Assembly: GCA_051362555.1 (NCBI GenBank)
Contig: CM120647.1
Coordinates: 4,898,001 to 4,962,000 of the forward strand
Length of the DNA stretch: 64,000 bases
Direction: 5' to 3'
Origin: Lingula anatina
Lineage: Eukaryota; Animalia; Brachiopoda
Below, one piece after another: positions 22,667-34,458 of the stretch. Position numbers and translations under genes: made by a program. Every line of letters starts with the position of its first letter. Within the stretch, counting starts at the first letter, position 1. The notes under the pieces were generated by a model, which saw only the letters and a list, made by a program, of their open reading frames with translations, did no database searches and had not been told where the DNA came from.

Positions 22667-23970
22667 TACTCAACGTATACACTGCGACGGCGATCAATTT
22701 TTATGACAGAGTCAAACTCTGCCATAACTACCAAGACGCTATTATTGATGGCTTTATCAAATTCTAGATTAATGTTGAGTGTACCTTGTCTTGTTGGTGA
22801 AATATATTTTTCAAAGTTTTTGTCAGCTGTCAGATCGAAGCCAAAGAGCGTGTTTCCGTACAGGTAATCGAGTCTAGACACATCTATATCACTCTCGCCA
22901 CCGGCCGCGCCAACTGACGAAAGAAGGTCGTAATAAGATCTAATATAGTTAAAACCTTCGTTAACGGAAAAATCAAAATTATAAGGCTTGAATGGTATTT
23001 GCTCCCCCGCCACCGTTAGTCGCAAATGCTTTAAATCGTTATGGTCAAATAAGAAAGGGCTCCTGCCGTAATCACCCGAAAAAGCATCGTCCGCCACCAT
23101 CCCTAAAATGATGCGTTTAGGCATAGTCCCGATGTATATATTATCAAGATTAGCATTTCTGACTCCGTTAGGCAAATTTATAACCTTTACTTCTTTTCTT
23201 GTAAGAGGATAGCAGGCTACATGTTTGGTTAATATGCTGTCGTGGGCCGATTTCAGCCGATCGGAGACTTTGACTCTTCTCACAAAAAGAGAAATGTTCT
23301 TGATCAGAAATTTTTCATTTTTGTCTTTGGTGTCTGACATCAAACAGAATGCATCGGGTGCTCTTCTTAGCCTGATACGCACGTCTACGTTGTTCAAAAG
23401 TAGTTTTTCTTGATTGGCCAAATCGATTTTCAGTCGACCATACATCTCCACTTTCCTACTACGCTGAAACCAAAAGTCGCGATCTTGTAACCCCTTGTTT
23501 CCAGGGTCGCCACTAACATTTGTACTGTTCATTTGACCGGCGGTGTCTTTGTACCACATTTCGCTCGTAAGCCATGTTTCTTTTGCACTTTTTCCGTAGT
23601 ACAATAGGTTTTCTAGGTAGGCTCGGTAAGCATAATTTTGACCAAAGGTTATCAAATTGTCGTTAAGCTCAACGTCCACTGATGCAAATAATGAGTGCAG
23701 CGTGTTGTTCACGACCGATGTGTTTTGACCAATGTCTAGATTGGTCAAGTCAGCCTTACTGAGCTGTCCCTCTACATACAAGTTAATTTGAGTGGGGTCG
23801 ATATATTCGTCAGGCGTGCCTTTGATGACAAACTCTATAACACTGCTAAGCTGTGACACGGACGTCACCGGCCGAATTTCCTCATCCACAGAGCTTTCGA
23901 TATCCGTTTGATAATGATCCCTAATATTGGTAAATAAATCAAGTTCCGTTTTTACAATTGGGTCGTTCAT
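22663..23970 (-). CDS. Polinton major capsid protein (double jelly-roll, probable)
   Basis: 435-aa beta-rich ORF with ELDLF..Q..IE, YAYRAYLENLL and FGFDLT, typical of Polinton capsid-family proteins; adjacent to the protease. Confidence 0.85.
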   Translation of the reverse strand: MNDPIVKTELDLFTNIRDHYQTDIESSVDEEIRPVTSVSQLSSVIEFVIKGTPDEYIDPTQINLYVEGQLSKADLTNLDIGQNTSVVNNTLHSLFASVDVELNDNLITFGQNYAYRAYLENLLYYGKSAKETWLTSEMWYKDTAGQMNSTNVSGDPGNKGLQDRDFWFQRSRKVEMYGRLKIDLANQEKLLLNNVDVRIRLRRAPDAFCLMSDTKDKNEKFLIKNISLFVRRVKVSDRLKSAHDSILTKHVACYPLTRKEVKVINLPNGVRNANLDNIYIGTMPKRIILGMVADDAFSGDYGRSPFLFDHNDLKHLRLTVAGEQIPFKPYNFDFSVNEGFNYIRSYYDLLSSVGAAGGESDIDVSRLDYLYGNTLFGFDLTADKNFEKYISPTRQGTLNINLEFDKAINNSVLVVMAEFDSVIKIDRRRSVYVEY

Positions 23971-23972
23971 GT

Positions 23973-24320
23973 CTAAAAATTTGTCTTGACTGGACGTGAC
24001 CGTTGTGTCTTGCGAACTTTTGGACTTTTGACCACTTGAGGTGATCTGTTCTTCTTTATAGTCATGGCGTTTAAAGCTTTTCTCATGACGTCATCATCCA
24101 CGTACAAGTCGAGTGCACCTCTCTTTTTAGGTTTTCTTTTCACAGCCATGGGTTTTTTTGAAGGAGCAGTTTTATGCACTTGCAGTATTTCAGCACGCCG
24201 AAGTGGTTGTAACCTACCACCACCACCCCGTTGAATCCTTGTACCACGGAAGGCGTGTATAGAACCACCACCCGCCTGTGCCTCGTATCTTCTAACTAGG
24301 GCTTGATAAACAGGATCCAT
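23973..24320 (-). CDS. Basic core-like protein with adenain-type Gly-Gly cleavage sites
   Basis: YEAQAGGG and IQRGGGG followed by a K/R-rich tail. Confidence 0.72.
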   Translation of the reverse strand: MDPVYQALVRRYEAQAGGGSIHAFRGTRIQRGGGGRLQPLRRAEILQVHKTAPSKKPMAVKRKPKKRGALDLYVDDDVMRKALNAMTIKKNRSPQVVKSPKVRKTQRSRPVKTNF

Positions 24321-24322
24321 TG

Positions 24323-25054
24323 TTACAGTAAACTTTTTCGGCGAAAATGCAACGTCGCAATCGTCTTCCCACTATCGAAATGCACAAGTTCCCCCGTGTC
24401 GCGACATATATCTAGTCGAATCGTATCGATGTGATGTTGATTCAAAGGGATGTAAATAGGCGAATCAAATGTTTTGGTAACAACTTCCTCACTTTTATCG
24501 TTGACGCCAACGATCCTCAGTAAATTTGCAAACGCATCCCCCACCAACTGATTTTGTATGATATCCGTGTATACATAGAGCGAATTAAACCCTAGCGTCA
24601 TGTTGGGAGGGTGAGGAGCTATCACGTCTGAAGTTACCCTGGTGTCCGTTGCCCAACCTAACATTTTTCCTACATCGCCGGTAAAATCGATACTTGCACT
24701 GGAGCGTAAATGAATTGTAACTCGTCTCGTTATAATATTATACCCTAACGTGATGTTTGTTTTCCCGATAGTTGATAGGTCATCGTGGATTGCTGTAATG
24801 AGATCATTGACCGTTGGATAGTATCCAGCAGGGACAGTTAATGTATTTGTCTTCAACCCATCGTAATACGTCATGGCACTGTCTTTCACATTTTTCCACG
24901 TTTTCGGGTATTGTAGTTCCACCAATGCAACTTCGTAGTCGCCGTCTAAATGCAAGGTTGATGACAATTTTGTCTGGAATGACTCGGCTCTGTTGTTCGG
25001 AAAATAATTAAAACTGCTATTGGATGGTAAGATAACGTGAAAGGACGAGGCCAT
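24323..25054 (-). CDS. Polinton minor capsid protein (penton, single jelly-roll)
   Basis: FHVILPSNSS...FPNN...F.T.L, YEVAL, LYVYTDII..Q.VGD...LLR, LHFRR. Confidence 0.88.
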   Translation of the reverse strand: MASSFHVILPSNSSFNYFPNNRAESFQTKLSSTLHLDGDYEVALVELQYPKTWKNVKDSAMTYYDGLKTNTLTVPAGYYPTVNDLITAIHDDLSTIGKTNITLGYNIITRRVTIHLRSSASIDFTGDVGKMLGWATDTRVTSDVIAPHPPNMTLGFNSLYVYTDIIQNQLVGDAFANLLRIVGVNDKSEEVVTKTFDSPIYIPLNQHHIDTIRLDICRDTGELVHFDSGKTIATLHFRRKSLL

Positions 25055-25090
25055 GGTTACAACTGATCTTTAAATGCAACGAAATATCTT

Positions 25091-26192
25091 TTATAGCGTT
25101 TTGACAGTTGACGCTTTGACCCAAGAGCTAAATTTAGCAGGATAACCTTGCCATCGAACGAAAAATTCCCTCGATTTACCCTTGCCTCTTGATTTTATAA
25201 TTTTTTCTATCCTGTACACATCGTCTTTCTTCACGACGCGAATCATTTCAGGTTCGTACAAGACACCCTCAATCTCCTCTCCTTCGTAATCTTCCACCTT
25301 GTAGACCGGCGGTGACCTGTTTAAACGTTGCGTTATCGTAAACAACTCCTGCGTCCAACCCTGCTCGTAGCCTTTCGCAAAGGGAGACCTATGTTTGCTC
25401 AATCGAACGGTGTCTCCGACGTTGAATTTGAACTTTGCTTTTTCGAAATTCATACCTCCGTATAGTTTATTCCATACCGCGTCCGAATTTTTTTTCTTTC
25501 GAGGCCTCTGTCGGTGACATGCCTATACTCCGGTGTTTAGCCGCGTTGTACCCCGTCAGCAGTTGGTCGAGTGCGTATATGTACGTCAGCGTACTGTTGG
25601 CGGTGAAATATTTAAAAAATTTAGATTTTAAAGTCCTGTTCAGCCGTTCAACGACAGAGCTTTTTCGTTCCGACTTTGTTGTGAAAAAGGTTATTCCTTG
25701 TTCTTTCAGGTATGCCTGGAATTTTCTATTTGTAAATTCTGTTCCGGCATCTGTTTGTAGGATCGCCGGTTTTCGACCTCCGGCTAAAATATCGCTAAAA
25801 GCTTGTAGCACGCTATCAGCAGTTTTTGATTTGATGGGCACGGCCCACGCGTACTTTGAAAATACATCAATCACAGTTAACAAAAATTTCATTCCTTTAT
25901 TGTACTTTGATAATTTGCTGAGGTCGGCTAAATCGGCTTGCCATTGCTGATCCGTACGACCAACAACAACGCGATTGGTTCGAAATCGTTTTCTGACGTT
26001 AGCGTGTAGCGTATACGTATCTTGCTTGGTCAAAAACTCTTCGATTTGTCTAAGTCCGATTTTCTTTTTATCTTGTCGTGCCGCTTTATATAATTTCAAC
26101 GCGCTTCCAAAACTAGCTGGATTGGAAGGATCGTAATATATTTTTTTTAAGTAACCATCTATCCTACTGTTTGGTGGTTCACTTTTTCGCAT
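25091..26192 (-). pseudogene. Polinton rve integrase with C-terminal chromodomain, split by a 1-nt frameshift
   Basis: WQADLAD, LQTDAGTEF and VVERLNRT supply D-D-E. The frame shifts in an A8 run (25488-25495); the downstream frame continues NSDAVWNKLYGG...FKFNVGD.VR...YRIEKII..FFVRWQGY. Confidence 0.88.
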
Positions 26193-26199
26193 GATGACC

Positions 26200-26403
26200 T
26201 TAGTTGTCTGCGTTTTGTTTCACACTACAAAGTAAGGTTTTGATGTAATGCCGTATTCTTGTACATATGCAAGGTCGTTGCTCGGTTTCTTTGTCGCATT
26301 CCGTTTCATCTCTTTGGTCGTTGACTACATCTGTCTGTCCCTGACAACACGCAACTACACACTTAATATCGTCGCACTGGATTTTAACGGATGGACTTGC
26401 CAT
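26200..26403 (-). CDS. Small Cys-containing Polinton hypothetical protein
   Basis: 67-aa ORF closely packed upstream of the integrase on the same strand. Confidence 0.5.
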   Translation of the reverse strand: MASPSVKIQCDDIKCVVACCQGQTDVVNDQRDETECDKETEQRPCICTRIRHYIKTLLCSVKQNADN

Positions 26404-26742
26404 AACAGTTCTCTAAGAATGTAAGATGTTAAATAGACACTCTTATTAAATAACGGCTTTTTTAAAATGCAGAGTAACTTTATTTAACCAATCAGAAGAG
26501 AGTATAAGGCTTAGGCCATGGAGCCTGGTCCACTTCGTCAAAGCCTATGTTCAACAGTGTTTTCACTGTACTGTGTAGTTAGTTTTTTTTTCAATCGGGA
26601 CAAACAGCTGCACTAATTCGTGTCGTTTTTCGGGCGTCAGTGGTACATTTAGCGGGTTCTTGAGTCGCTTTGCAACGCTATTCATGGTACATTGTGGACT
26701 GTGGCGCTCGTGTTCCACATCCGCCGCATCTCTCAACGGGTC

Positions 26743-29041
26743 CATGGTGTTAAAATCGGAACGCCTAAAAATTTTAGACATCTGCAACTATTTGGCTCCT
26801 GGATGCAGCTATAGTCAGTTTTTAAAAGCGTTCGAGTGTACGGAGTCCAAGGGGTTCTTCCCTTACGAGTGGATGGACTCTTTGGACAAACTCGAATCTC
26901 CTAGCCTCCCTTCCCGCGAAGCGTTTTACTCGAAATTAAAACAAAGTAATATCAGCGAGGAAGATTACGCGCAGTGCCAACGCGTGTGGGTTGAAAACGG
27001 GATGCAGACGATGCGAGATTTCCTCATCTGGTACAATAACAAAGACGTTGAGCCAATGTTGGAAGCGGTGGCAAAAATGTTCGCCTTTTACGAAGAAAGG
27101 GGTATAGACATGTTTAAGGACGGCATTAGCGTGCCGGGTTTAACGTTGAAGTATCTCTTTCGAAACGTAGGCGACGCGTTCTTTACCCTTTTTGACGACA
27201 AAAACTCCGATCTGTACTACCTTTTGAAAAACGCCATCGTGGGCGGGCCCAGCATCATCTTTCATCGGTACCATGAGAGGAATAAGACCTTTCTTCGAAA
27301 GGCGACATCTGAAGCTCCCAAGCTGTGCAAAAAGATCGTCGGGTATGACGCTAATGCCTTGTATCTATGGTGTTTGATGCAACCCATGCCCACGGGCACG
27401 TTTATACGCAGACGCGAAGAGTCTGGCTATACGCGCGAATATTCTCACCCGCGAGGCCGCGAAGCCACGATGTGGTTAGACTGGGTTGCCCGCTCCACGG
27501 GTCAGAAGATCCGGCATCAGTTTAACGGTACTGAAAAGCGCGTCGGGTGCCGTCGGTTACCGGTGGACGGGTTTTGTCGAGAGATGCAGACCGTGTATCA
27601 GTACCAAGGCTGTTATTTCCACGGTCATCGGTGCCATTTGAACCGAAACAAAGATGGCACCTACAAAGAAATTAACGACAAAAAAAAGGTGACCATGGAA
27701 TCTTTGAGAATCGAAACGGAAATCACCAGCGAGTACATAAGGAATTGTGGCTACGATCTCGTCGAAATGTGGGAGTGTGAATGGAAAAAAATACAGAAAG
27801 AAAACACAGAAGTGAGAAACTTCGTAGCTCAGTACACGCTTCCCACAGAGCACAACTATCGGCTCACGTTCGGCGATATCCTAGACGCGATTCGCAATGA
27901 TAATCTGTTTGGGTTCGTCGAGTGCGACGTAGAAGTCCCGCTCGATCTAAGACCAAAATTTTCAGAAATGCCACCCATTTTCAAGAACACGACCGTTTCC
28001 CGCGACGACATCGGTCCTTTCATGAAGCGTTTCGCTGAAGAAAACCGCATCATGAGCGTCCCGAGAAGCTCGCTGATCGGGAGTTTTTTCGGTGAAAAAA
28101 TTGTTTTGGCGACCCCGCTTCTGAAATGGTACCTAAACCACGGTCTTCGCGTGACGCGCATCCACCAGGTAATCGAGTACACCCCGAAAGCCTGTTTCGA
28201 GCATTTCGGAAACGCCGTGAGTGACGCTCGTAGGGAGGAAGACAGGGACAAGACCAAAGCCATCGTCGCCGACACCATGAAGCTGATCGGCAACTTGGGC
28301 TACGGGAAAACGGTGACCAACAAAGAAAGGCACCGCGATGTGCAATATTGCGGCGAGGCAAAAGCCTCCCAAAAAGTTAACAGTCACCGTTTTCGGCGTT
28401 TAGATAAAATTTGCGAAAACGTGTTTGAGGTCGAGCTAAACAAAAAAATCATCAAATTAGACCTCCCTCTTCACATAGGTGTGATGGTGTATCAGTACGC
28501 CAAGCTACGCATGTTGGAGTTTTACTACGATTTCATGCTGAAATTCGTGGATCCGTCCGATTTCCAATACTGCGAAATGGACACGGATTCCGCGTACATT
28601 GCCCTCTCGGCGGACAGCTTAGAAGACGTAGTGAAACCTCACATGAGAGCGCAGTGCGAAGCCGAGAAACATCTGTGGTTTCCGCGTACTGATACCCCAG
28701 AACACGAAGCCTATGACAAACGGACGCCTGGGTTGTTCAAAGCCGAGTGGGTCGGTGACGGAATCGTTGGCCTGTGTAGTAAAACGTACTACTGTTTTGG
28801 GGAAGACACCAAATCGAAATTTAGCTGCAAAGGAGTCAACAGGAACAACAACAACATAGATAAACACAACTATTTAGACGTGTTATTGAACAAAAAGAGC
28901 GGTAGTGGCGTCAATAGGGGGATACGTTTATTTAACAACACTATGTATTCGTACGTACAAATAAGAGACGCCTTTAGTTATTTCTATTGTAAAAGAAAAG
29001 TGTTAGAAGACGGAGTGTCCACCGAACCCTTAGATATCTAA
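26743..29041 (+). CDS. Protein-primed family B DNA polymerase (pPolB), N-terminally deleted, with VSR-like nuclease insertion
   Basis: ExoIII YNNKD, motif A YDANALY, motif B KLIGNLGYGK and motif C MDTDS are present, with insertion PVDGF..YQYQGCYFHGH..EMWECEW. No ExoI/ExoII or terminal-protein region upstream. Confidence 0.92.
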
Positions 29042-29650
29042 TGTCTTAAAATAAAAAATATTCTTAATATATTTATTTACTTCAATGAAATAAAATTTTA
29101 TGCCATGTTATGTAAATGTATGTTGTTCGTCTAGTGTATTAATAAATAATTCGTAAACATTGCTTCGGGTTTTATATAATAAAAGCTCCTGTTTACAGCT
29201 CTTGCTAAACGCAGCAAGAGCTGTAACCGAGTCGGTGGCTAAAAATAGCAGCTTACTAAGAAGCCCCACAAGCCCCTTCATTACCAAAAAAAAATGCTTA
29301 CTAAAAAGCCCCACCTTTTGTCACCATTAAAAGTATATGGTCTTGGTGAAAATTGCAGGTCGAAATCAACATACTTTTACTACTCTCATGCCGCTATTAT
29401 ATCCTAATATCAGAGCTCAAATATGGTTGGTCCATGTCTTCAGGACATTGCGTTTCTGCAATACCTCACTATTTTACATCTGTGTATTTTTAATACTTTT
29501 ATTTTTTAATGCTGGGTATAAATGAGAACAGTACAGTAAAGTAAACATGTACAGTAAACATGAATAAGTCATAGAAAAAAAATAGAGCCTTTAACCCGAA
29601 AGCCATGCATGCACTAATGGGATATTGTTACTTATGGGTTTCCCTACATT

Positions 29651-29893
29651 TTACGGGCCGAAAAATGGAGATTTCTTATTTTTGTTGAGGAAATAATCAA
29701 CCTTTGCTTTGGCGAACTCTTCGTTTAAATGAGGCTATTGTGGTTTTCATCAGAAAGCCAAACGATTAATTGATGCCCTGGTGAACGTTTAATACTGCAA
29801 GGTAGTCCCGGTGTTCATCAGTATTAAGCTTTCCATTGCCGTCATGATCTGCTATATGAAATAAATTCCTGGCCAGGTTATTGATCGATTTTG
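29651..29893 (-). pseudogene. EF-hand copy C: 3' half only, with indels
   Basis: Matches the 3' part of exon 2 and the 3' flank. Single-base deletions; truncated at about 29893 by unrelated sequence. Confidence 0.85.
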
Positions 29894-30609
29894 TGACGTA
29901 CTAAACATGTGACTTCCAAATATGGAAGCGCCCCTGGCAGAAATTTGTAGAAGAAAGCCCACGAATTGACGGTGTTCGCTTGAAGCCTGGTATTGCTGAT
30001 ATGGTTTATATTAAAATTAAAATCAAGCGGGCAAAACCGGAATCTAGAACCAAGGGTAATTAAATGTTGCTTCCGCTTAAAAAACTTTCGAATTCATTAT
30101 ATAAAAATTCATACAAATCCTCTCATGTTATGTTTGAAAGTCATTAAACCTTGAATATGCATTAACTGTGTCTTCTTCCCCGCCATATTGAAATTGATTT
30201 AGTCATAGTTACAGAAACTGCAGTGAACAGACTTGGTAAGACGTGCAGGCGGGCTTCCCATAGACTCATAACAATGTCGTATCATTGATAGCACCAAACA
30301 GCATCATGTTATACGACTGACAAGCGGGTATTGCAACATCTTGATGCTGGTTTATTCTTGTTAAAATACACATTTGAACACTTTTTATGGACCAATAATG
30401 GAATAAGAATCATGACGTCTGTTTACAATTCTATGCATAATACATTCTTGGCCAAATGGCTGTGCCATTCACTCTTAAATTTTAATGCTAGGTATATATG
30501 AGAATGCATAGTAACCATACCTAAGTCATAGAAAAAAATTAGAGCCTTCAACCCGAAAGTCATGCATGCACTAGTGGCATATATCGTTTTTTATTGGTTT
30601 CCTTACATT

Positions 30610-32101
30610 TCACGGGCCGAAAAATGGAGATTTCTTATTTTTGTTGAGGAAATAATCAACGCCTGCTTTGGCGAACTCCTCATTTTCAATGTAGTTATTA
30701 TGGTTTTCATCAGCAAAACCAAACGATGAATTGATGCCTTGGTGAACGTTATACACTGCAAGGTAGTCTCTGTGTTCATCAATACTAAGCTTTCCATTGT
30801 CGTCATAATCTGCTATATAAAATAGCTTTCTGGCCGCAGTTTTTAACGATTTCGCCGCGACAGCGGGCTTTAAAAGATCGATGCGCATGTGTATCGCTAT
30901 GAAAGCATTCAGATCGAATTCATTTTCATATTGGTCCTCTGGAACTGACCAAAAGGTTGACCAGGCTTTGGAGAGAGTATCGTTGAAATCGTAGATTTTG
31001 TCTGCCCGAATATATACTTTGGCTCTTTCAACTGGAACATCAACATACTCGTGGCGGTTTACAATTCCGTCATTGTCAGCATCCAATATGGCGAAAAAGC
31101 GTTCCATTTTAGCACGCCATTCATCCGGCAGGTCCTGAAAGTTATTGGCTAATATTAAACAGTTGGAATGGAAATAACTACTGCTCAGATGTAAGACAAA
31201 AGAAACGATAGTGACATATCATAGCGCGCATTCCCAAAAATTTTTAATCGATCTATCCCCATGGGGAATCTCACTAGATTACTGTCAGATAATCCGGCTT
31301 AAATGTTTGCCCATCCAACTACAAGCTGTTAGCGGGTAATGAACTTTCGTGCCCGCTCGGCTGGCAGCTATTTAGCGTAAACCCCCAGGGAGTTAGGTCG
31401 AGCTAATTGGATCGATCTAATCTCTGGGAATGGGGTCTTAGTGTATTCTTTCAGAGACCGTTAAAGGAATACGTTTCATATCCCTTTTCAACATCAGCTA
31501 CGAATTGCACGAACCGCCAGATATTAATAATGGCAGAGTTTTACTTTAATCGGGATAATTATTTTAAGATTCTAATTGATTCTTATGTCAGTCAATTATT
31601 GCAATACTTGAGAGGACGTGAAATTTGTTCAAAATTTTGTTTAAAAATATTTAAAATCAATCCAATTATAAATAAGTCTATCGCGACAGCAATGGCCCAA
31701 ACCAGTTAAACGCCTCCTCAACCGAGATGCAAAACAAATATTAATGTGACTCACATTAAATTATTTACCTTCTTGTGTATATTAATAATATACACTAACT
31801 AGAATGCTTCATTATGCACTTACTGTGATGCATGTTCATTAAAAAAAGCACCGCATTCTCCCAAGTATGTAGGTGGTTATCATTCTTTGGTCTCGACATG
31901 TTTTGAATGTACCAGTCAGTTGGGTGGGTGCTTTATTGTGTCAACCCAATACTCAGTTTCAGTATCTGTGAGCAAGGCATAAAACAAACGGAAAGTGAGC
32001 CTTACCTTCAGACGATCCTGAGCTCCAGAAGAGTGGCTCCCAAGTATATTAGCAACCGCCAACATCAAGCAAAACACACGCGGAAAAAACATTTTAGTCA
32101 T
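30610..32101 (-). CDS. Secreted SCP-like EF-hand protein copy D, 206 aa (exon 1 32101-32006, exon 2 31134-30610)
   Basis: MTKMFFPRVFCLMLAVANILGSHSSGAQDRLK | DLPDEWRAKMERFF...FFGP; canonical phase-0 intron. Confidence 0.88.
31225..31438. mobile_element. Short degenerate MITE in the intron of copy D
   Basis: Inverted ends CATTCCCAAAAA..ATCGATC / GATCGAT..TCTGGGAATG; absent from the paralogous introns. Confidence 0.55.
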
Positions 32102-32434
32102 ATACTGAGCAAGAATGTCGCCTTTAGATAAATGTTCTATGCGTTCTGTGCGGCCTTGAATAAGTGAATGATTTAAAAAGACTGTTACTCGTGGAAGGTG
32201 CAAAGGTAAAATGTACCCAATCATTTTTATGAACGTGATAGATGGGGGCAGTTTAAGGAAACAGTGCCCGCTTAAATACGTAATGATGAGGTATATGGTT
32301 TATTTCTTTATAGTAAAAAACGTGCCTTTTTGTTTGTGTGATTGCCTTTTGTCTAAAAACTTAAATAAAATACCTACTTTACAAATACATATGTATACGA
32401 CGACGCTTATTTTCTTACTAAAACAAAATCTTTT

Positions 32435-32640
32435 TTAGATCAGGGCTCTATGCGTTTTGTGTCGTCTCGTATATGTTAATAGTTTAAAAAGGCTGTTATA
32501 AGTGGAGGGTGCAAAGGTAAAATGTATCCAATCAGTTTTGTGATCGTGAGGGAAGGGAGCGGTTTGAGGAAACGCTCGTTGAAATACATAATGATACATG
32601 TAATTGGTTGATTTCTTCATAGATGAAAATACGTCCTTTA
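32435..32640 (-). promoter_or_regulatory. Second, tandem copy of the array promoter upstream of gene D
   Basis: The promoter/5'UTR block recurs about 310 bp upstream of the first copy (32125-32320), without coding exon 1. Confidence 0.55.
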
Positions 32641-33984
32641 GTTGTGAAAAGTTTTTTTTCTTTCAAACTTTAATAATATACCAACTTTTAGTACCAGTCG
32701 AGTACTTTCTTTCTCCCACTTGTGTAATTGTATAAATCTCCTTTGATAACTTGTTTTTTTTTATCAATTAGCAATAGAATAGTCACTTAGGTAATAATTC
32801 AAACACGTGCCCACACCTCATGAATCTAAAATTAATTGAAATATATTTAGTATGTTGTAAAACTTGGGCAGTTTTCACAGTTCAGATTGTAGCTGTAATC
32901 AGTGTCATAGAATTTATTGTTTGATGGCGAAATCAGCAAATAAATAAAAAAAACATCAAGTGACGTTGATGTTTTCAGTTTATTTGCATTTCAGCTGGTA
33001 TTTCACTAAATGTCACTTACTAAATATCACTCTTATCTAATTTATTAGATAAAATATCATTCAAATCCGTTCTTGTGTCTTCTTCCCCGCCATATTGATT
33101 AAGTCATAGTTACAGAGACGGCAGTGAACAGACCATGTAACACGTGCAGGCGGGCTTCCCATAGACTGATAACAATGTACTTCCATTGATAGCACCAGTC
33201 AGCATCATGTTATACAACTGACAAGCGGGTAACATCTTAATGCTGGTTTATTCTTGTTAAAATACACTTTGAACACTTTTCAGATAGCTATCTGACTCTT
33301 TTTCTGTCAAAAACACACGCACCTGTCTACGACTGGTAACAGCATACATCATAATACATGGATAAAGAAAAGTTTGGCGTAGTCAAACGAGATTTTATGG
33401 CGACAACAATTTCCAGAGCTTATTTACTCACATACGCATTCTGCACATACTCAATTCTACCCTAGAGGGGTGTTCCCTATTGAGGCACATGTTGATAATT
33501 ATATCATGGGACGTCAATGCCTGACCCATTTTCCGCTCGATTCATTCTGTTGACGCACACGATACATTTAAGCTACAGGTTATCTCCAACCTTCAACTTT
33601 AACCTTCAGTTCAAAAAAAAAAAAAAAAAAAAAAAATCACCCACCGCCTTCCCCGTCTCCTCAAACATACCACAATTGTTTCCTATGCTGGCTGTAATTT
33701 GCTTGCATTATATTTGACCATTATACTGCGTGCGTTTTTACTTTGATTTTTCCGTTTTGTATAGGCCTACCTGTCAGGAGCAGCACTGCCCCGTGAAAGT
33801 GCCAGTACACAGTCGTCTACCGTTCACGCCCCAGCGAAATCTTTGGATATATTCTTATCGATTGTTTGTGATTTGGCCAAACAATGCCGCTTTTAGTATA
33901 TATATAAAAAATACATTTAGTTTTAGTCTAAACTCCAAATGAATATGTTCGTTAGACTTAACAAATATGTACATACATATAACA

Positions 33985-34256
33985 AGTATACAACTGGTCA
34001 AAACACGCTGTGTCCACAATCTCGCCTCCCTGGGGAGGATACAGCCCCGCTGCCATGTGAGGCGCTGAGTGCTATCAAACTTACAATATCGTTCTCTGCC
34101 TGACCAGGACCCTGCTTCAACCCCAAAGTGCTGAGTGCCAAGCGGGGAGACAGCAGGTACCGTATATAAAGGACTGGTATGTCCCCGGACGGGTTTGAAC
34201 CCTCGTCCTGCCGCTCCGGAGGCGGACACTCTAACCACAAGGCCATCCGGTTGGTA
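33985..34256 (-). mobile_element. tRNA-derived SINE
   Basis: On the minus strand: A box TGGCCTTGTGG, B box GGTTCAAACC, core GGTACCTGCTGTCTCCCCGCTTGGCACTCAGCA (Meta/MESC-like). A decayed relative lies at about 63290-63410. Confidence 0.8.
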
Positions 34257-34458
34257 TAATATAAACTCACTATCCTAATAAATTTAACAATTATAACAAC
34301 GTAACAATGCTTTACTTGTTTTTATTAGCATTAACTGTTTCACATTGAAAACAAGAACAGAAGAGGAAACCTAATTCAGCTTATTCTCCAAAATATGTAG
34401 ACACTTTTTTCCCAGTCTCGATAAATCATGTACCATCACAGTACCGTTGTCAGTTGGG

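Larger units (their letters stand above)
13702..29384. mobile_element. Polinton/Maverick (endogenous adintovirus-like element)
   Basis: Termini AGTAGT...ACTACT; 6-bp TSD CTCATG (13696-13701 and 29385-29390); about 200-bp TIRs (13702-13759 plus 14796-14957, versus 29184-29384). Encodes pPolB, rve integrase, ATPase, protease and capsid proteins. Confidence 0.97.

Noticed and set aside
25467-25500. Programmed -1 ribosomal frameshift in the Polinton integrase
   Set aside because: Rejoining the chromodomain frame needs a +1 shift; a single-base indel in the A8 run (mutation or sequencing error) is simpler.
27557-28867. Antisense ORFs within pPolB and within the EF-hand exons
   Set aside because: Shadow frames of real coding sequence with no independent motifs.
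33985-34256. tRNA gene
   Set aside because: A and B boxes are present, but there is no full cloverleaf or terminator and a SINE core follows.
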